Source: Mobula hypostoma
Lineage: Eukaryota
Direction: 5' to 3'
Length of the DNA: 64,000 nucleotides
Assembly: GCF_963921235.1 (NCBI RefSeq)
Contig: NC_086097.1
Span: 25,794,001 to 25,858,000, forward strand
The position numbers and the translations under genes were made by a program. The notes beneath the pieces were generated by a model. It was not told the origin of the DNA and made no database searches. It saw nothing but the letters and a program-made list of their open reading frames with translations. Each line of letters opens with the position of its first letter. The first letter of the stretch is position 1. This document shows positions 11,885 to 25,951 of the stretch, in pieces.

Positions 11885-13265
11885 CTCAAGTCAAGTGAAG
11901 TCGTCAAGTTTATTGTCATTTCGACCACAACTGCTGGTACAGTACACAGTAAAAACAAAACATCGTTCCTCCAGGACCATGGTGCTACCTGAAACAACAC
12001 AAAACTACACTAAACTATGTGAGCCAGCACAAGGCTACACTAGACTACGTAAAACAAACATAAAAACTACACTAGACTACAGACCTGCACAGGACTACAT
12101 AAAGTGCACAAAACAGTGTAGGGCAGTACAATAATTAGTAAACAAGACAATAGGCAGAGTAGAGGACAAATTACAATATAATAATAAATGATATAGATGT
12201 CAGTCTAGACTCTGAGTATTGAGTTTGATGGCTTGGGGTAAGAAACTTGCAGAGTCTGGTCATGAGAGCCCGAATGCTTCGGTACCTTTTGCCAGATGGC
12301 AGGATGGAGAAGAGTTTGTATGAGGGGTGCATGGGGTCCTTCACAGTACTGTTAGCTTTGTGGGTGCAGCGTGTGGTGTAAATGTCTGTAATAGCAGGAA
12401 GAGAGACCCCAATGATATTCTCAGCTGACCTCACTATCCGCTGCAGGGTCTTGCGATCCGAGACGGTACAATTCCAGAACCAGGCAGTGATACAGCTGCT
12501 CAGGATGCTCTCGATACAACCTCTGTAGAATGTGGTGAGGATGGGGGGGGTGGTGGGAGATGGACTTTTCTCAGCCTTCGCAGAAAGTAGAGACGCTGCT
12601 GGGCTTTGTTTGTTATGGAGCTGGTTTTGAGGGACCAGGTGAGATTCTCCGCCAGGTGAACACCAAGAAATTTGGTGCTCTTAACGATCTCAATGGAGGA
12701 GCCGTCAATGTTCAGCGGAGAGTGGTCGCTCCGTGCTATCCTGAAGTCAACACCCATCTCTTTTGTTTTGTTCTCATTTGGAGACAGGTTGTTGGCTCTG
12801 CACCAGTCTGTTAGCTGCTGCACCTCCTCTCTGTATGCTGACTCATCATTCTTGCTGATGAGACCCACCACGGTCGTGTCATCGGCGAACTTGATGATGT
12901 GGTTTGAGCTGTGTGTTGCAGCACAGTCGTGGGTCAGCAGAGTGAACAGCAGTGTACTGAGCACACAGCCCTGGGGGGCCCCGTGCTTAGTGTGATGGTG
13001 TTGGAGATGCTGCTTCCAATCCGGACTGACTGAGGTCTCCCAGTCAGGAAGTCTAGGATCCAGTTGCAGAGAGAGGTGTTCAGGCCCAGCAGTTTCAGCT
13101 TACCAATCAGGTGCTGAGGAATGATTGTGTTGAATGCTGAACTGAAGTCTATAAACAGCATTTGAACGTACGTGTCTTTTTTTTTGTCCAGGTGGGTGAG
13201 GACCAGGTGGAGGGTGATGGCAATGGCATCGTCTGTTGAGTGGTTGGGACGATACGCGAACTGCC
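11885..13265 (-). mobile_element. Rex1/Babar LINE, RT to 3' end (second subfamily)
   Basis: [59 protein letters not shown]-type 3' tail; sister copy at 25952-26871. Confidence 0.9.
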
Positions 13266-15523
13266 CATCGAGTCTGCTCTTCCATTCCATCAACGCTGAT
13301 TTACTTTTCCTCTCACTCCCATTCTCCTGCCTTCTCCCGATAATCTTTGACACCCTTACTAACTAAGAACCTGCAAGCTTCTATTTTAAATATACCCATA
13401 TCCCTCTAACCCTTTCCTATCCATGTACCCATCCAAAATTTTTAAATTGTTTTAATTATAGCATTCTCTACCGCTTCTTCTGGCAGCTTATCCCTCTGCA
13501 TGGAAAAACCTATCCCTCTGATCCCCTTTAAAACTTCTCCCTCTCACCTTAAATCTTTGCCCTCTAGTTCCCTACAAAGACCATGACCATTCCACTCCAT
13601 TGATTCCCCTCATAATGGAATAGAAGGGTATCCCTTTGGAACAGAGATGAGGAGGAATTTCTTTAGCTGGAGGATGGTGAATCTGGGGGATTCATTGCCA
13701 CGGATGGTTGTGGAGGCCAAGTCACTGAGTATATTTAAAGCAGAGGTTGATGGATACTTATTTGTAAGGACATTCAAGGTACAGTAACGGGAGAAGGCAG
13801 GGCAGGTTGAGAGGGGAAATAAATCAGCCATGATTGAATGGTGGAGCAGACTTAAAGGTTGAACGGCTTAATTCTGTTCCCATGTCTTATGGACTCTTGT
13901 GTAAGAAAAAAAACCTTCTAAGTTCCCCTTTCAGCCTTCACCTTTTCAGAGTAAAAGTGTCAGCCCATCCAGTCACCCTCTCAATGTCCTTGCGAATCTT
14001 TGCTAGTTTAAGCTCATCCTTTCTGCAGTGGGGCAACGAGAACTGCACACAATTCTTGGGGTGTGTTCTAATTGGCCTATGACACTAGTGTCATCAGCAA
14101 ACTTGAATATGGCGTTAGAGCTGTGCTTAGCCACCATCATAAGTGAAGGTAAGTATGAAATTTGATGACTGCATCAGAGCTGCACACCCTTTCAGTCAGT
14201 CATGGAAATTCAGAAGTGGTAATGATGTCACCCCTAATACACACATGAAACCTCTTCTAGAGCAATCAGACAGAAATAGTGAATTGATAAGCACAGAGCA
14301 CTTGTAAACTCTTCTTACTGTAAAAAAAAACACGAAGTGTTATGCTTTGTTAGCTGAGGTGTAACTGAGAATTTTTTTAGCTGTCAGCACCAACAGGAAA
14401 GAATAAGCTGAACACTGACAAGGTTCCTTGCAAAACACCTTAACCCTCAAGGGTAAGGCGGCTGTTCCTTAACTTTCCACTGCTTTCCAGTTGATGAAAT
14501 GGTCCTGCTCGACTTTCTCAGGAGCGCCACAGAAACGGCTCACCACCTCATCACAGAGTTCACCCCCAAGCAAGACGGATTCTAAACCTTATCACTTCAC
14601 GTCCAAGTTGAGTGGTTGCATTAGGGTCTTTTCACGGCAATTCAAATGTGCTGGAATGCAAGAAGCTGCAGAAAGCAGTGGGTTCAACCCAATACATCAT
14701 TAGTACATCCCTCTCCACCATCAGTAGTTTCTACAGGAACGCTGGCTCAAGTTGGCAACATCCATCATTGCTGCCCTAGGACATAGTCTCTGTCTGAACA
14801 CTCTGTCAGTGCCCCTTTTCATCTTGTACACCTCTATCAAGTCACCTCTCATCCTCCTCCACTCTAAAAAGAAAAGCCCTGTCTAAACTCGAGACATATT
14901 TTCTAAGCCAGGCGGTATCCTGGTAAATCTCCTCTGCACCTTCTCGAAAACTTCCATGTCCTTCCTATAATAAGGTGATCAGTACTGAACACAGTACTCC
15001 AAGTGTTGTCTAACCAGAGTTTTATAGAATGCAACATTACCTCATGGCTCTTGAAGTCAGTCTCCCGACTAATGAAGGCCAACTCACCATATGCCTTTGT
15101 AACAACCTTATCAACATGTGTAGCAACTTAGAGGGATCAATGGATGTGGACCCCAAGATCCCTCTGTTCCTCCACACTACTAAGGATCCTGCCATTAACC
15201 TTGTACTCTGCCTTCAAGTTTGACCTTTCAAAGTGAATCGCTTCACACTTCTTCAGACTGAATTCCATCTGCTACTTCTCAGCCCAGCTCTGCATCCTAT
15301 CAATAAATTGCCTGGATGGGACTGTCTCCAGGCAGGCAGGTGTGGTGACTCAGGAGTGATCATTGATGCCATGGCAGTGTAGGTGATGGTCTTTGACTAT
15401 GGTCCAGCTGCCGAGTTGGCTGAAAGTAGAGCGAGGCAGGTTAACGAGACCTTCTGAGAGGAGGCAGGAGCTTGGATCAAGGAGGGAAAGGTTGCACTCT
15501 GAGATTACTGCCTTCAACGATGG

Positions 15524-15526
<3 letters not shown>

Positions 15527-15570
<44 letters not shown>
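15527..15570. repeat. (CA)n microsatellite
   Basis: Direct read of the sequence. Confidence 0.95.
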
Positions 15571-15572
<2 letters not shown>

Positions 15573-18500
15573 ACCCCAGAGGAACACAGGAGGTCTGGCA
15601 GCATCCATGAAGAGGAATAAACAGTCAACGTTTTGGGCCAAGACCCTTCGTTAGTCGTGATTGACTGTTTATTGCACTCCATAGATTCCATTGACCCTCA
15701 TGAAGGGTCTTAGCCCAACAAGTTGCCTATTTATTCCTCTCCATGAATGCTGCCGGACCTGCTGAGTTCCTTTACCATTTTGTTTGTATTGCTCAGCACC
15801 TGCAGAATGTCTCATGTTGAATGAGGGGCATTCCATTGCTAGCCCTACTTATACAGGCAGAATAGCTGACAGAAACTAAATTATCTTTATTTAGTTGTAA
15901 GGGGAAAAGAGCAGAAGATCTATTTTGGTAAATTGTTTGCTGTTAATGTGTGGAAGTCTGACATCCTATACCTTCCCCCTCCCACATTGCAGATCTCCAC
16001 TAAACAGCTTATAATTACAAGTAATATTTTCTGAGGACGCATTAGAATTCTGAGGATGCATTAGAATTACCCCATGTAGAATTTGTTCAACTTTATATTA
16101 TTGGCCACATTGAGGTCACGTTAATATCAACGTTAATGTTTCAAAGTTCAAAGTATCATCAAAGTGCATATGTGTTAACATTGAGATTCATTTTCTTCAG
16201 GCATTTACAGCAATATTAAAAAAAAATAGAATTTATGAAAAGCTATTCATGAACAAAGGCTGACAAACAACCAATATGCAAAGGAAGACAAACTGAGCAA
16301 ATAAAATAATACTGAGAACGTGAGTTGTAAAAAGTCCTTGAAAGTGAACCTGTAGGTCATAGAATAGTTCAGAGTTGTGGTGAGTGAAATTATCTACACT
16401 GGTTCAGGAGTCTGATAGCTGTTCCTAAACCTAGTGGTGTGGGACTGAAAGCTTCTGTACCTCTTGCCTGGTAGTAGCAGTGAGAAGAGGGCATGCCTGG
16501 ATGGTGGAGGGTCTTTGATGGCTGCTGCTTTCCTGTGGCAAATGTACTCAAAGGTAGGGAGAGCTTTGGCTGTGACATTTGAGCAGTGTCGATCACTTTC
16601 TGTAGTCTCTTATGTTCTTTCTGTGCTGCAGGTGAGTAGAAATGTACAACACAGTGAAATCCCAGGGTGAAAGTTAGAATTCTACAGAGAGACTGCAGGA
16701 ACCAGTGATCAACCTGCTCGTGGCCAGCACTTAAGGCTTCTCATCAGTGGATCTTTCATATCCCAAGAGTAATAGAACAGCCAACAACATCTCCAGGTGC
16801 TTCACTTCCCTCCCACATACCAAAGATGCATGGGTTAGTAAGTTGTGAACATGCTGTGTTGTTGCCGGAAGCATGGCGATACTTATGGTCCCCCAGCACA
16901 TCCTCAGACTGTGTTAGTTGTTGATGCAAACAACACATTAAACTGTATGTTTTCATATGCATGTGACAAATAAAGCAAATCTTTATTTTTTAATCTTTAA
17001 GAGAGTTGAAATACTTTCAACATCCAGCCAAGCCACAGCCACACCTGTTGGCTTAGCTGGCTGTCAAACCCTCCAAGAGTTTTGAATGCTTCTGAAAGTC
17101 CCTGAAGCCTCTCACTCATTTCATGGGCAATACTCTTTGTGTAAAAACGGAGGAATCATGGTGATTTGCATTCCATCTGGACCACAAGAAGATCAGGGAA
17201 ATCACCAACAAAAAGGGGCCGCAGGCTTGGTATCTCTCTTCTGCTGCTATCATTGCGAAGGAGGCACAGGAACCTTAAGTCCCATACAACCAGGCTCAAG
17301 AATAATTACTACCCTACAACCATCAGGCTCCTGAACCAGTGTGGGTAACTTCACTCACCACAACACTGAACTGATTTCACAGCCTACAGCCTCACTTCCA
17401 AGGACTCTACAAATCTTGTTCTCAATATTATTTATTTAGATATCTGCATGGTTTTCCTTCTTTTGCACTTTGATTATCTATCTTTGTGTGTAGTTTTTCA
17501 CTGATTCTTTTGTGTTTATTTGCATCTACTGTGAACTGCCCCCAAGAATATGAATCTTGGGGTAGTATAGGGTGATCTATACGTACTTTGTAAATAAATG
17601 TACTTTGAACTTTGTATTCAAGCACTCAGGAACCGCACACCCAGCGGCAGACAAAATGCTGGCAATTCCATACATAATGACCAGCGTTTTCTGGAAAAAT
17701 CCAAACCAGTGGTTTGTGTGGGTTTGCAACATGGCTTGGCTCCCAAAGCCAGGAACGTTTCAATAATAACATTCTTAGAATAGCATGTCAAAAAAAACAG
17801 CTGTTTCCACTGGGAGGAGGGATGGTGGCCAGAGGGCACATCTTGCAGAGCAGTTGCCAAGAAAACCTGAAGGGCAGCGAGGATATTTCATGCAGCAAAT
17901 TGCTGTGCTCTGGAATGCACAGTTTGAAGGCTGCTGCAAGTAGTTTCGGAAGAGAGTGGAAATTTGATGTGGGGGTGGATTTGAAAACAAATCACTGCAA
18001 GGCTGTGGGGAATAAGCAGTACGAGAGGGCTCTTTTAACAGTGTTGGTTAGTAGGGAGCTCCAGGATTTATCGAGTCATAAGACCGTATGATGTGGGAGC
18101 AGACTTAGGCCATTCATCCTATCGAGTGCTCCATCATTGGATCATGGCTGATTTATTTTCCTCTCAACCCCATGAAATTAGAACATACAACACAGGAACA
18201 GGCCCATCAGCCCACAGTATTGTGCCAACAATTAAATTAGCAATAAAAAGGCCCAACTAAACTCATCCTTTCTGCCTTCTCAATGTCCATATCGTTCCAT
18301 TTCCTCACATTCATGTGCCTACCTAAACGTCTCTTAAAAGTCCCCTAATGTATCTGCCTCTACCACCACCTCAGGCAGTGCATTCCAGACACCCACCACT
18401 TTCTGTGTAAATAAAACTTGCCTCTCACATCTCCTTTGAAATTACCCCCTCCCTTTAAATGCATGCCCTCTAGTATTAGATACTTCAACCATAGGGAAAA

Positions 18501-18701
18501 GATATTGTCTGTGTACTCTATTTCTGCCTCTCATAATCTTATAAATCTCCCCTCAGCCTCCACCACTCCAGAGAAAGCAACGCATTCGTCCAACCTCTCG
18601 TTATAGCACGTCCCTTCTCATCCAGGCAGCATCCTGGTAAACCTCTTCTGCACCCTGTCCAAAGCCTCAATGCCCTTTCCTATAATGGGGCAATCAGAAC
18701 T

Positions 18702-19262
18702 GTCGTCGTGGCTATCCCTCGAGGTCGAAGATGATGGTCTTCGTTCTGTTGATCTACTTACGGGCTCTCAAGTGGCTTATGAGCCCAATCTTGGCTTTGA
18801 AAGTTCTTCTGCATTCAGGACAGGTAGTTCCAGATGGCAGATCGGGCTTTGGTTGTTGCTGCCTCTCTTTCCATTTTCTTCTCTTTTCTAATTCTGCACA
18901 TCTGTTGGCTTCAAAAGTTGCTGTTCCTTCTTGGATGATGGCTTGCCAGAGTTTCCTGTCCTTGGCATTGGTTTCCCAATTGTTGATGTCGATGTTACAT
19001 TTTTTCATGTTGGCTTTTAAGACGTCTTTGAATCTCTTCTGTTGCCCGCCTCTTTTACGTTTGCCTTCTTTAAGCTGGGAGTAGAAGATTTGTTTCTGCA
19101 GACGTTCGTCTTTCATCTGAACAACACGACCGCTCCATCTTAGTCGGTTCTTGATGACGTAGGCTTCAATGCTTGTTGTTTTTGCTTCATTTAGCACGCT
19201 GACGTTGGTTCTTCTCTCTTCCCAGCTGATATTTAAGATGTATCGAAGATAGCATTGATGGA
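18702..19262 (-). mobile_element. RTE-clade LINE 3' fragment nested in a CR1 fragment
   Basis: ORF 18754-19197: RLRWSGRVVQMKDERLQKQIFYSQLKEGKRKRGGQQKRFKDVLK with terminal C2H2-like CPECRRTFKAKIGLISHLR; CR1-like sequence on both sides. Confidence 0.85.
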
Positions 19263-19586
19263 AGCCTAACTAGAGTTGCAGCGTAACCCCTTCCTTTGAA
19301 GTCAGTTCCTCAACTAATAAAGGCAAGTATGCCATGTGCCTTCTTAACCACTTCTGTTGCCACATTCAGGGAGCCATGAACTTGGACCCCAAGATCCCTC
19401 CCCTCATCAACACTGTTAAGGTTCTTCTTTCTTTATATTCTCCTGCTTTCTCTCTATAACCATTGACACCCTTACCAATCAAGAATATATCAACCTCTGC
19501 TTTAAATATATCCAATGACTTGGCCTCCACCGTCATCTGTGGCAATGAATTCCACTAATTCACCACCTCTGGCTGAAAAAAATCCT

Positions 19587-21120
19587 TCATAGAACATAGA
19601 ATAGTACAGCACAGTACAGGCCCTTCAGCCCACATTGTTGTGCCAACCCTCAAACCCTGCCTCCCATATAACCCCCCGCCTTAAATTCCTCCATATACCT
19701 GCCTAGTAGTCTCTTAAACTTCACTAGTGTATCTGCCTCCACCACTGACTCAGGCAGTACATTCCACGCACCAACCACTCTTTGAGTAAAAAACCTTCCT
19801 CTAATATCCCCCTTGAACTTCCCATCCCTGACCTTAAAGCCATGTCCTCTTGTATTGAGCAGTGGTGCCCTGGGGAAGAGGTGCTGGCTGTCCACTCTAT
19901 TTATTCCTCTTATTATCTTGTACACCTCTATCATGTCTCCTCTCATCCTCCTTTTCTCCAAAGTGTAAAGCCCTAGCTCCCTTAATCTCTGATCATAATG
20001 CATACTCTCTAAACCAGGCAGCATCCTGGTAAATCTCCTCTGTACCCTTTCCAATGCTTCCACATCCTTCCTATAGTGAGGGGACCAGAAATGGACACAG
20101 TACTCCAAGTGTGGCCTAACCAGAGTTTTACAGAGCTGCATCATTACATCGCGACTCTTAAACTTTATCCCTCGGCTTATGACAGCTAACATCCCCATAA
20201 GCTTTCTTAACTACCCTATCTACCTGTGAGGCAACTCTCAGGGATCTGTGGACATGTACTCCAGATCCCTCTGCTCCTCCACACTACCAAGTATCCTGCC
20301 ATTTACTTTGTACTCTGCTTTGGAGTTTGTCCTTCCAGAGTGTACCACCTCACACTTCTCCGGGTTGAATTCCACCTGCCACTTGTCAGCCCACTTCTGC
20401 ATCCTATCAGTGTCTCTCTGCAATCTTTGGCAATCCTCTACACTATCTACAACATCACCAACCTTTGTGTCATCTGCAAACTTGCCAACCCACCCTTCTA
20501 CCCCCACACCCAGTTCGTTAATAAAAATCACGAAAAGTAGAGGTCCCAGAACCGATCCTTGTGGGTCACCACTCGTCACAACCCTCCAATCCAAATGTAC
20601 TCCCTCCACCACGACCCTCTGCTTTCAGCAGGCAAGCCAATTCTGAATCCACCTGGCCAAACTTCCCTGAATCCCATGCTTTCTGACTTTCTGAATAAGC
20701 CTACCATGTGGAACCTTGTCAAATGCCTTACTAAAATCCATGATAATGCTAAAGGCCAGGGAGCGGTGGTCACTGTCCCCCAGATGCTCACCCACTGAGA
20801 GATCTCTGACCTGACCCGGTTCGTTACCTAATACTAGTTCTAGTATGGCATTCCCCCTAGTTGGCCTGTCAACATACTGTGACAGGAATCCATCCTGGAC
20901 ACACTTAACAAACTCTGCCCCATCTAAACCCTTGGAACTAATCAGGTGCCAATCAATATTAGGGAAGTTAAAGTCACCCAAGATAACAACCCTGTTAATT
21001 TTGCACTTTTCCAAAATCTGCCTCCCAGTCTGCTCCTCGGTATCTCTGCTGCTACCAGGGGGCCTATAGAATACACCCAATAGAGTAACTGCTCCCTTCC
21101 TCTTCCTGACTTCCACCCAT
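19587..21120 (-). mobile_element. CR1 LINE ORF2 with internal deletion and intact 3' tail
   Basis: GVFYRPP, GDFNFPNIDW, DHR (APE) fused to DFSKAFDKVPH, PQGSVLGP, KFADDTK, RPHLEYC (RT); tail repeat TTCTATGTTCTATG on the minus strand. Confidence 0.92.
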
Positions 21121-21395
21121 TAATAAGTTTCCCAAGCTCTGGGAAACACGTGCAGCACAGCTTAAATTTTAAATCTGATTCCCAGTTGCAGAGTGGTAAC
21201 CCCATTTAAATATTTTAGTTAAATATTTTGTACTTCCCAGTATACATTCCAGTAAAAAGATGACAGACACATGTATGATGTCTGATCGCTATAGTTAAAT
21301 CCCTGACCCCCTCCTGTTTATTGAGATGAAGAAGGGAGGAGGGAGGGATAACAAAGAAGCCATTATATTGTCCCAAGAAATCAGCATTGCAGATG

Positions 21396-21690
21396 GGGCA
21401 CCATGGTAGCCTAGTAGTTAGCACGATGCTTTTACAGATCGGGGCAACGGAGTTCGGAGTTCATTTCTGGTGTCTTCAGTAAGAAAGTTTGTACGTTCTT
21501 TCCGTATGCACATGGGTTTTGACCAGGTGCTCAGGTTTCCTCCCATAGTCCAAAGATGTACTGGTTGATCGGATAGTTGTTCATTGTAAGTTGTCCTGTG
21601 ATTAGGCTAGGTTTAAAATCTGTGGGTTGCTAGACAACGCGGCTTGGTGGGCTGGAAGGGCCTGTCCCCGCTGTATCTCTAAATAAATTG
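21396..21690 (+). mobile_element. tRNA-derived V-SINE (HE1-like)
   Basis: A-box-like TGGTAGCCTAGTAG head; V-domain core AGTTTGTACGTTCT...GGTGCTCAGGTTTCCTCCCATAGTCCAAAGATGTA; related pieces near 16790, 31460, 36180, 49230 (minus) and 60940. Confidence 0.7.
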
Positions 21691-24082
21691 AACCAGCATG
21701 TTGGATCACTAACATTTGTTTGGTTATCATGTATTGGATAATATCGTGTAATGGAAAATTGACCCAATATTCTTAGCGTGAGGATTTGTATATTTACTCA
21801 AAGAGATGTTGGAATTTTAGCTTTCAGAATTAGTGTAGTGACAGAAGAGCAATAGCATTACTCCACTACAACCACTGAAGAATAATGAGGATAGACTTTC
21901 ACCAACCAATTCGGTCTTGGCCTCACAAAACAACCTCCAAGAGGACCAGAAGCCATGTCATAGATTGGTGGCCAGAGAGCTATGTTGGCTAGAGCCAGGG
22001 CCTTGTGCTTTGGCTCTTGGTAGGTTCACCAATGCCAAACAGCTCAAAGGATTGAGGCCAGAATAAGACTAGTCCACCTGTCCTGTAGGTTCATGGGTTC
22101 AGCTTAGGGCTAACAACCCGGACTGGTCAATACAATTGTTACGGATACAGCAGTGAAGAATCCTTCTATATCTATGCAATGGTATGGACAGACAGAGATG
22201 GAGGACCTTCATTCCTGCCCTAAACTGCAGCAGCATAATGGGCAGTAAGTAAGTAAGTCACAAAAAAAGCCTTGGATCCCCCAATTACATCCTCAATAAG
22301 ATTAAAACTGATTTTAGTTTATGACTTAGCAGTAGCTTGTCATCGTGCAAGGACGCTAAGAAAGCTCTGTAATAAAAGCGAGACACTGGGTCGTGGGAGT
22401 AGTGTAAGTCAGAGTAGTAGGGCTTTGGCTCATCAGGGCTTCGGCGAGAACAGGCCTAGGCGAGGCCGGTGACTTTTCTCCCCCCTGTAATGAGAATAGT
22501 GGGTATGACTGCAAGGCCAGTTTTCTGTTCTGGGTGTCAAATGTGGGATGTCCGGGAGATGTCCAGCCTCCCTGATGACCACATCTGTGCCAAGTGCATC
22601 AAGCTGCAGCTCCTTGGAGACCAAGTTAGGGAACTGGAGCTGCAGCTCGATGTCCTTCGGCTTGTTAGGGAGAGACAGGAGCTACAGACAGGTCGTTGCC
22701 CCGGGGCCAGAGGAGACAGATAAGTGGGTGACCATCAGGAGAGGGAAAGGAAGGTATCACATGGTGGAGAGCACCCCTCTGGTTGTCCCCCTTAACACTA
22801 AGTACTTCATTTTGAGTGCTGTTGGGGGGGGGCTGCCTGGGGGGAGCAACAGTGGCACTGAGTCTGGCCCTGTGGCTCAGAAGGGTAGGGAGTGGAAGAA
22901 GAGGGCAGCGGTAATAGGGGACTCTATAGTCAGAGGAACAGATTGGCGATTCTGTAGGCATGGAAAAAAAAAACAGGGATGATAGCTTGCCTCCCAGGTG
23001 CCAGGGTTCGTGGTGTTTCTGAGCGCATCCACAATATCCTGAAAAGGGAGGGTGAGCAGCCAGAGGTCGTGGTACATATTGGTACCAATGACATAGGAAG
23101 AAAAAGGGTGGAGGTCCTGAAAGCAGAATACAGGGAGTTAGGAAGGAAGCTGAGAAGCAGGACCTCAAAGGTAGTAATGTCGGGATTACTGCCTGTGCCA
23201 CACGACTGTGAGTATAGGAATAGAACGAGGTGGAGGATACATGAGTGGCTGAAGGATTGGAGCAGGGAGCAGGGATTCAGATTTTTGGATCATAGGGACG
23301 TTTTCTGGGGCAGTTGTGACCTGTACAAAAAGGACGGGTTGTGCTTGAATCTGAGAGGGGACCAATATCCTAGCAGGGAGATTTACTAATGCTGTTGGGG
23401 AGGGTTTAAACTAGAATTGCAGGGAGGTGAGAACCGAAGTGAAGAGGCAGAGGATGGGGGGATTGGAGCACAAGTAGAGACAGCTTGAGAGGAGTTTGTG
23501 AGGAAGGATAGGCAGATGTCAGAGCAAAGATGCACTCAGCCTGATGGTTTGAGATGTGTCTATATTATTGCAAGGAGTATCATAAACAAGGTGGATGAAC
23601 AGAGTGTGGATCAATGCGTGGAAATATGACATTGTGGCAATTACAGAGACTTGGATGCCTCAGGAGCAGGAACAGTTGATGAGTGTGCCAGGCTTTAGAT
23701 GGGTCAAACAGAACAGAGAGGGAGGCAAAATAGGTGGGGTTGTGGCATTGCCAATTAGGGATAGTGTCATGGCTGCAGAAAAAGAGAAAGACAGGGAGGG
23801 ATGGTCTACTGAGTCATTGTGGGTGGAAGTTAAAAACAGGAAAGGGAAAATAACTCTACTGGGTCTACCCCCCCCACTAGTAACAGGGACATCAAGGATC
23901 AGATGGGGATGTAGATTCTGGAATGGTGCAATAATAATAGTTGTCATGATGGGAGATTTTAAATTTCCTAATATTGATTGGCATCTCGATAGCACAAGGG
24001 GTTTAGATGGGATGGAGTTTGTTAGGTGTGTTCAGGAAGGTTTTCTGATGCAATATGCAGATAAGCCAACAAGAGGAGAGGC

Positions 24083-25628
24083 CATAAGACCATAAGACAA
24101 AGGAGCAGAAGTAGGCCATTCGGCCCATCGAGTCTGCTCCGCCATTTCATCATGAGCTGATCCATTTTATCCTATTTAGTCCCACTGCCCCGCCTTCTCA
24201 CCGTAACCTTTGATGCACTGGCTACTCAGATACCTATCAATCTCTGCCTTAAATACACCCAATGGCTTGGCCTCCACTGCTGCCCGTGGCAACAAATTCC
24301 ATAGATTCACCACCCTCTGACTAAAAAAATTTTTTTGCATTTCTGTTCTGAAAGGACGCCCTTCAATCCTGAAGTCATGCCCTCTCGTACTAGACTCCCC
24401 CGTCATGGGAAACAACTTTGCCACATCCACTCTGTCCATGCCTTTTAACATTCGAAATGTTTCTATGAGGTCTCCGCTCATTCTTCTAAACTCCAAGGAA
24501 TACAGTCCAAGAGCGGACAAACGTTCCTCATATGTTAACCCTCTCATTCCCGGAATCATTCTAGTGAATCTTCTCTGTACCCTCTCCAACGTCAGCACAT
24601 CCTTTCTTAAATAAGGAGAGCAAAACTGCCCACAGTACTCCAAGTGAGGTCTCACAAGTGCCTTATAGAGCCTCAACATCACATCCCTGCTCCTATACTC
24701 TATTCCTCTAGAAATGAATGCCAACATTGCATTCGCCTTCTTCACTACCGACTCAACCTGGAGGTTAACTTTAAGGGAATCCTGTACGAGGACTCCCAAG
24801 TCCTGTTGCATCTCAGAACTTTGAATTCTTTCTCCATTTAAATAATAGTCTGCCCATTTATTTTTTCTGCCAAAGTGCATAACCATACACTTTCCAACAT
24901 TGTACTTCATTTGCCACTTCTCTGCCCATTCTTCCAATCTATCTAAGTCTCTCTGCAGACTCTCCATTTCCTCAGCACTACTGGCCCCTCCACCTATCTT
25001 CATATCGTCAGCAAACTTAGCCACAAAGCCATCTGTTCCATAATCCAAATCGTTGATGTACAGTGTAAAAAGAAGCGGCCCAACACTGATCCCTGTGGAA
25101 CACCACTGGTAACCAGCAGCCAACCAGAATAGGATCCCTTTATTCCCACTTTCTGTATCCTGCCAATCAGCCAACGCTCTATCCACGTATGTAACTTTCC
25201 CGTAATTCCATGGGCTCTTATCTTGTTAAGCAGTCTCATGTGTGGCACCTTGTCAAAGGCCTTCTGAAAATCCAAATATACAACATCCACTGCATCTCCC
25301 TTGTCTAGCCTACTGGTAATTTCCTCAAAAAATTGTAATAGGTTTGTCAGGCAGGATTTTCCTTTAAGGAATCCATGCTGAATTCTGCCTATCTTGTCAT
25401 ATGCCTCCAGGTACTCTGTAACCTCATTCTTGACAATCGACTCCAACAACTTCCCAACCACCGACGTCAAGCTAACAGGTCTATAATTTCCTTTTTGCTT
25501 CCTTGCCCCCTTCTTAAATAGCGGAGTGACATTTGCAATCTTCCAGTCTTCCGGAACCATGCCAGAATCTATCGACTTTTGAAAGATCATCGCTAATGCC
25601 TCCGCAATCTCCACAGCTACTTCCTTCC
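24083..25628 (-). mobile_element. Young 5'-truncated CR1 LINE inserted in the older CR1
   Basis: Two long overlapping ORFs (25000-25614 and 24176-25186) form an RT plus C-terminus broken by one frameshift near GSVLG; tail (TCTTATGG)2. Confidence 0.93.
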
Positions 25629-25951
25629 TGTACTTGATCTGGAATTGGGAAATGAACCTGGTCAGGTGTCAGATCTCTCGGTAGGAAAGCATTTTGGAGG
25701 TAGTGGCCACAACTCTATCTCCTTCACTATAGCACTGGAGAGGGATAGGAGCAAGTATTTTGGGAAAACATTTAATTGGGGCAGGGCAAAATATGATGCT
25801 ATTAGGCAGGAATTTGGAAGCAGATGTTCTCAGGGAAATGCATGGGAAGTGAGGGAGGAGATTGCTGAGCCTCTTGCAATGATCTTTGAGTTATTAATAG
25901 AGATGGAAGAAGTACCAGAGGACTAGATGGTTGCAAATGTTGTTCCCTTGG

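Noticed and set aside
16029..16068. Tandem duplication TTCTGAGGA(C/T)GCATTAGAA twice
   Set aside because: Two adjacent copies with no spacers; ordinary slippage, not an array.
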